Below are positions 23,244 to 24,000 of a stretch of DNA of 24,000 bases, piece by piece (the first letter of the stretch is position 1; every line of letters begins with the position of its first letter). Origin of the DNA: Candidatus Azotimanducaceae bacterium. Its GTDB lineage: Bacteria > Pseudomonadota > Gammaproteobacteria > Pseudomonadales > Azotimanducaceae. The stretch spans positions 1,471,380-1,495,379 of the forward strand of contig OZ242345.1 in NCBI GenBank assembly GCA_965208605.1, written 5' to 3'. Both the position numbers and the translations under genes were made by a program. The notes below the pieces were generated by a model that was given only the letters and a program-made list of their open reading frames with translations, was not told where the DNA came from and ran no database searches.

Positions 23244-23738
23244 ATGAAAGTGTTCGGAGCCACTATTCAAATGCAATCCAATTCGGCGTTGCCCGTGGTG
23301 CCTTTGCTGTTGTGGCTATTTGCTACGTCTGCATTTGCGGAGTCGCCACAGCTAGAGCAACAGTCTCTGCCACAGGATGAGCTTGAGCGGCGTGCGCAGT
23401 TTAACTACCAACTGTATTGCCAAGGTTGCCATGGACCGGATGGTAGTGGGAAACGAGGCGTTCCCAGCCTCAAAGATTCGATTGGTACTTTTTTAAAATC
23501 ACAACATGGCAGAGAATATCTGATTCGTGTTCCTGGCACCGCAAACGCACCGCTTGATGACTTGCAACTCACCGAATTAATGAACTGGACGATAATACGC
23601 TACGCTGGAGCTAGCCTGCCTGAACTATGGCAATCTTATGTAACGGAAGAAGTCAGTCTCTATCGCCAACAACCATTGTTAGAGGTGCAACGCTATCGAC
23701 AACAACTTTTGGCCCAATTGCTGGAATCAGACGACTGA
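23244..23738 (+). CDS. Monohaem c-type cytochrome, periplasmic (candidate electron acceptor)
   Basis: 164 aa with a signal peptide (...TSAFA|ES) and a single CQGCH haem-binding motif. The start could instead be the ATG at 23271. Confidence 0.75.
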   Translation: MKVFGATIQMQSNSALPVVPLLLWLFATSAFAESPQLEQQSLPQDELERRAQFNYQLYCQGCHGPDGSGKRGVPSLKDSIGTFLKSQHGREYLIRVPGTANAPLDDLQLTELMNWTIIRYAGASLPELWQSYVTEEVSLYRQQPLLEVQRYRQQLLAQLLESDD

Positions 23739-23765
23739 TCAGCTGGAAAATCACCGAGGTCTACA

Positions 23766-24000
23766 ATGAAACTTGTTCACTTTCAAAAATTAATAATCAA
23801 ACTATTTCTCGCCTCAGTGTGCAGCTTGAGCCACGTTGCTAGCGCAGATGACGCAACTGTTCTCGCCCAGACGTGTTCTGCCTGTCATGGTCAAGCAGGC
23901 GTTTCCTTAAACCCCAATTGGCCACATTTAGCCGGACAAAAACAAGGCTATTTGATACAGGAAATAACGGCGCTCAGAGATGGCACAAGAGAAGAGCCGA
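23766..24000 (+). CDS. Class I c-type cytochrome (c4/c553-like), 3' end cut by the window edge
   Basis: Not in the ORF track because no stop codon lies inside the window. My translation is MKLVHFQKLIIKLFLASVCSLSHVASADDATVLAQTCSACHGQAGVSLNPNWPHLAGQKQGYLIQEITALRDG... It has a CSACH haem motif and the PHLAGQ..YL pattern of c4-type domains. GAGG lies 6 nt upstream. Confidence 0.75.
   Translation, partial: MKLVHFQKLIIKLFLASVCSLSHVASADDATVLAQTCSACHGQAGVSLNPNWPHLAGQKQGYLIQEITALRDGTREEP

Noticed and set aside
1-24000. Search for mobile elements, CRISPR arrays, tRNA/rRNA and defence systems
   Set aside because: I recognised no transposase, integrase or recombinase-like ORFs, no terminal inverted repeats flanking the arms, no regularly spaced repeats and no tRNA-like cloverleaf candidates. 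The island appears purely catabolic.

Overview
This looks like chromosomal DNA from a Gram-negative bacterium. The many TonB-dependent receptors suggest a marine or environmental proteobacterium, but taxon and GC content were not computed. I found no rRNA, tRNA, CRISPR array, transposase or integrase. The window reads as one large catabolic island for aromatic amines, aromatic amides and phenylacetate, arranged as two divergent arms around a 537-bp intergenic region (12121-12657). The left arm is entirely on the minus strand. It runs TonB-dependent receptor (TBDR1), terminator, penicillin-G-acylase-like lipoprotein, paaK, MFS aromatic-acid transporter, then paaX, paaG, paaI, paaA, paaB and a paaC that is cut by the window edge and absent from the ORF track. 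The right arm is on the plus strand. It runs TBDR2, hairpin terminator, two tandem paralogous lipoprotein amidohydrolases (Amidohydro_3/YtcJ type), an NTF2-like protein, an aldehyde dehydrogenase, and a tryptophan-tryptophylquinone (TTQ) amine dehydrogenase module. That module has a large subunit, MauE and a small subunit, followed by two c-type cytochromes, the second one partial. The most interesting hypothesis is a TonB-gated, lipoprotein-hydrolase 'amide utilisation locus', in which both possible hydrolysis products (aromatic amine and phenylacetate) have catabolic routes encoded in the same window. Secondary points are a missing or decayed mauD between mauE and the small-subunit gene, a G10 homopolymer inside TBDR1, PaaX-operator-like sequences, and several inverted or tandem repeats in regulatory gaps. 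The ORF track uses alternative start codons and longest ORFs, so several starts were trimmed by hand using RBS positions. All functional calls rest on remembered family motifs and by-eye alignment, not on database searches.
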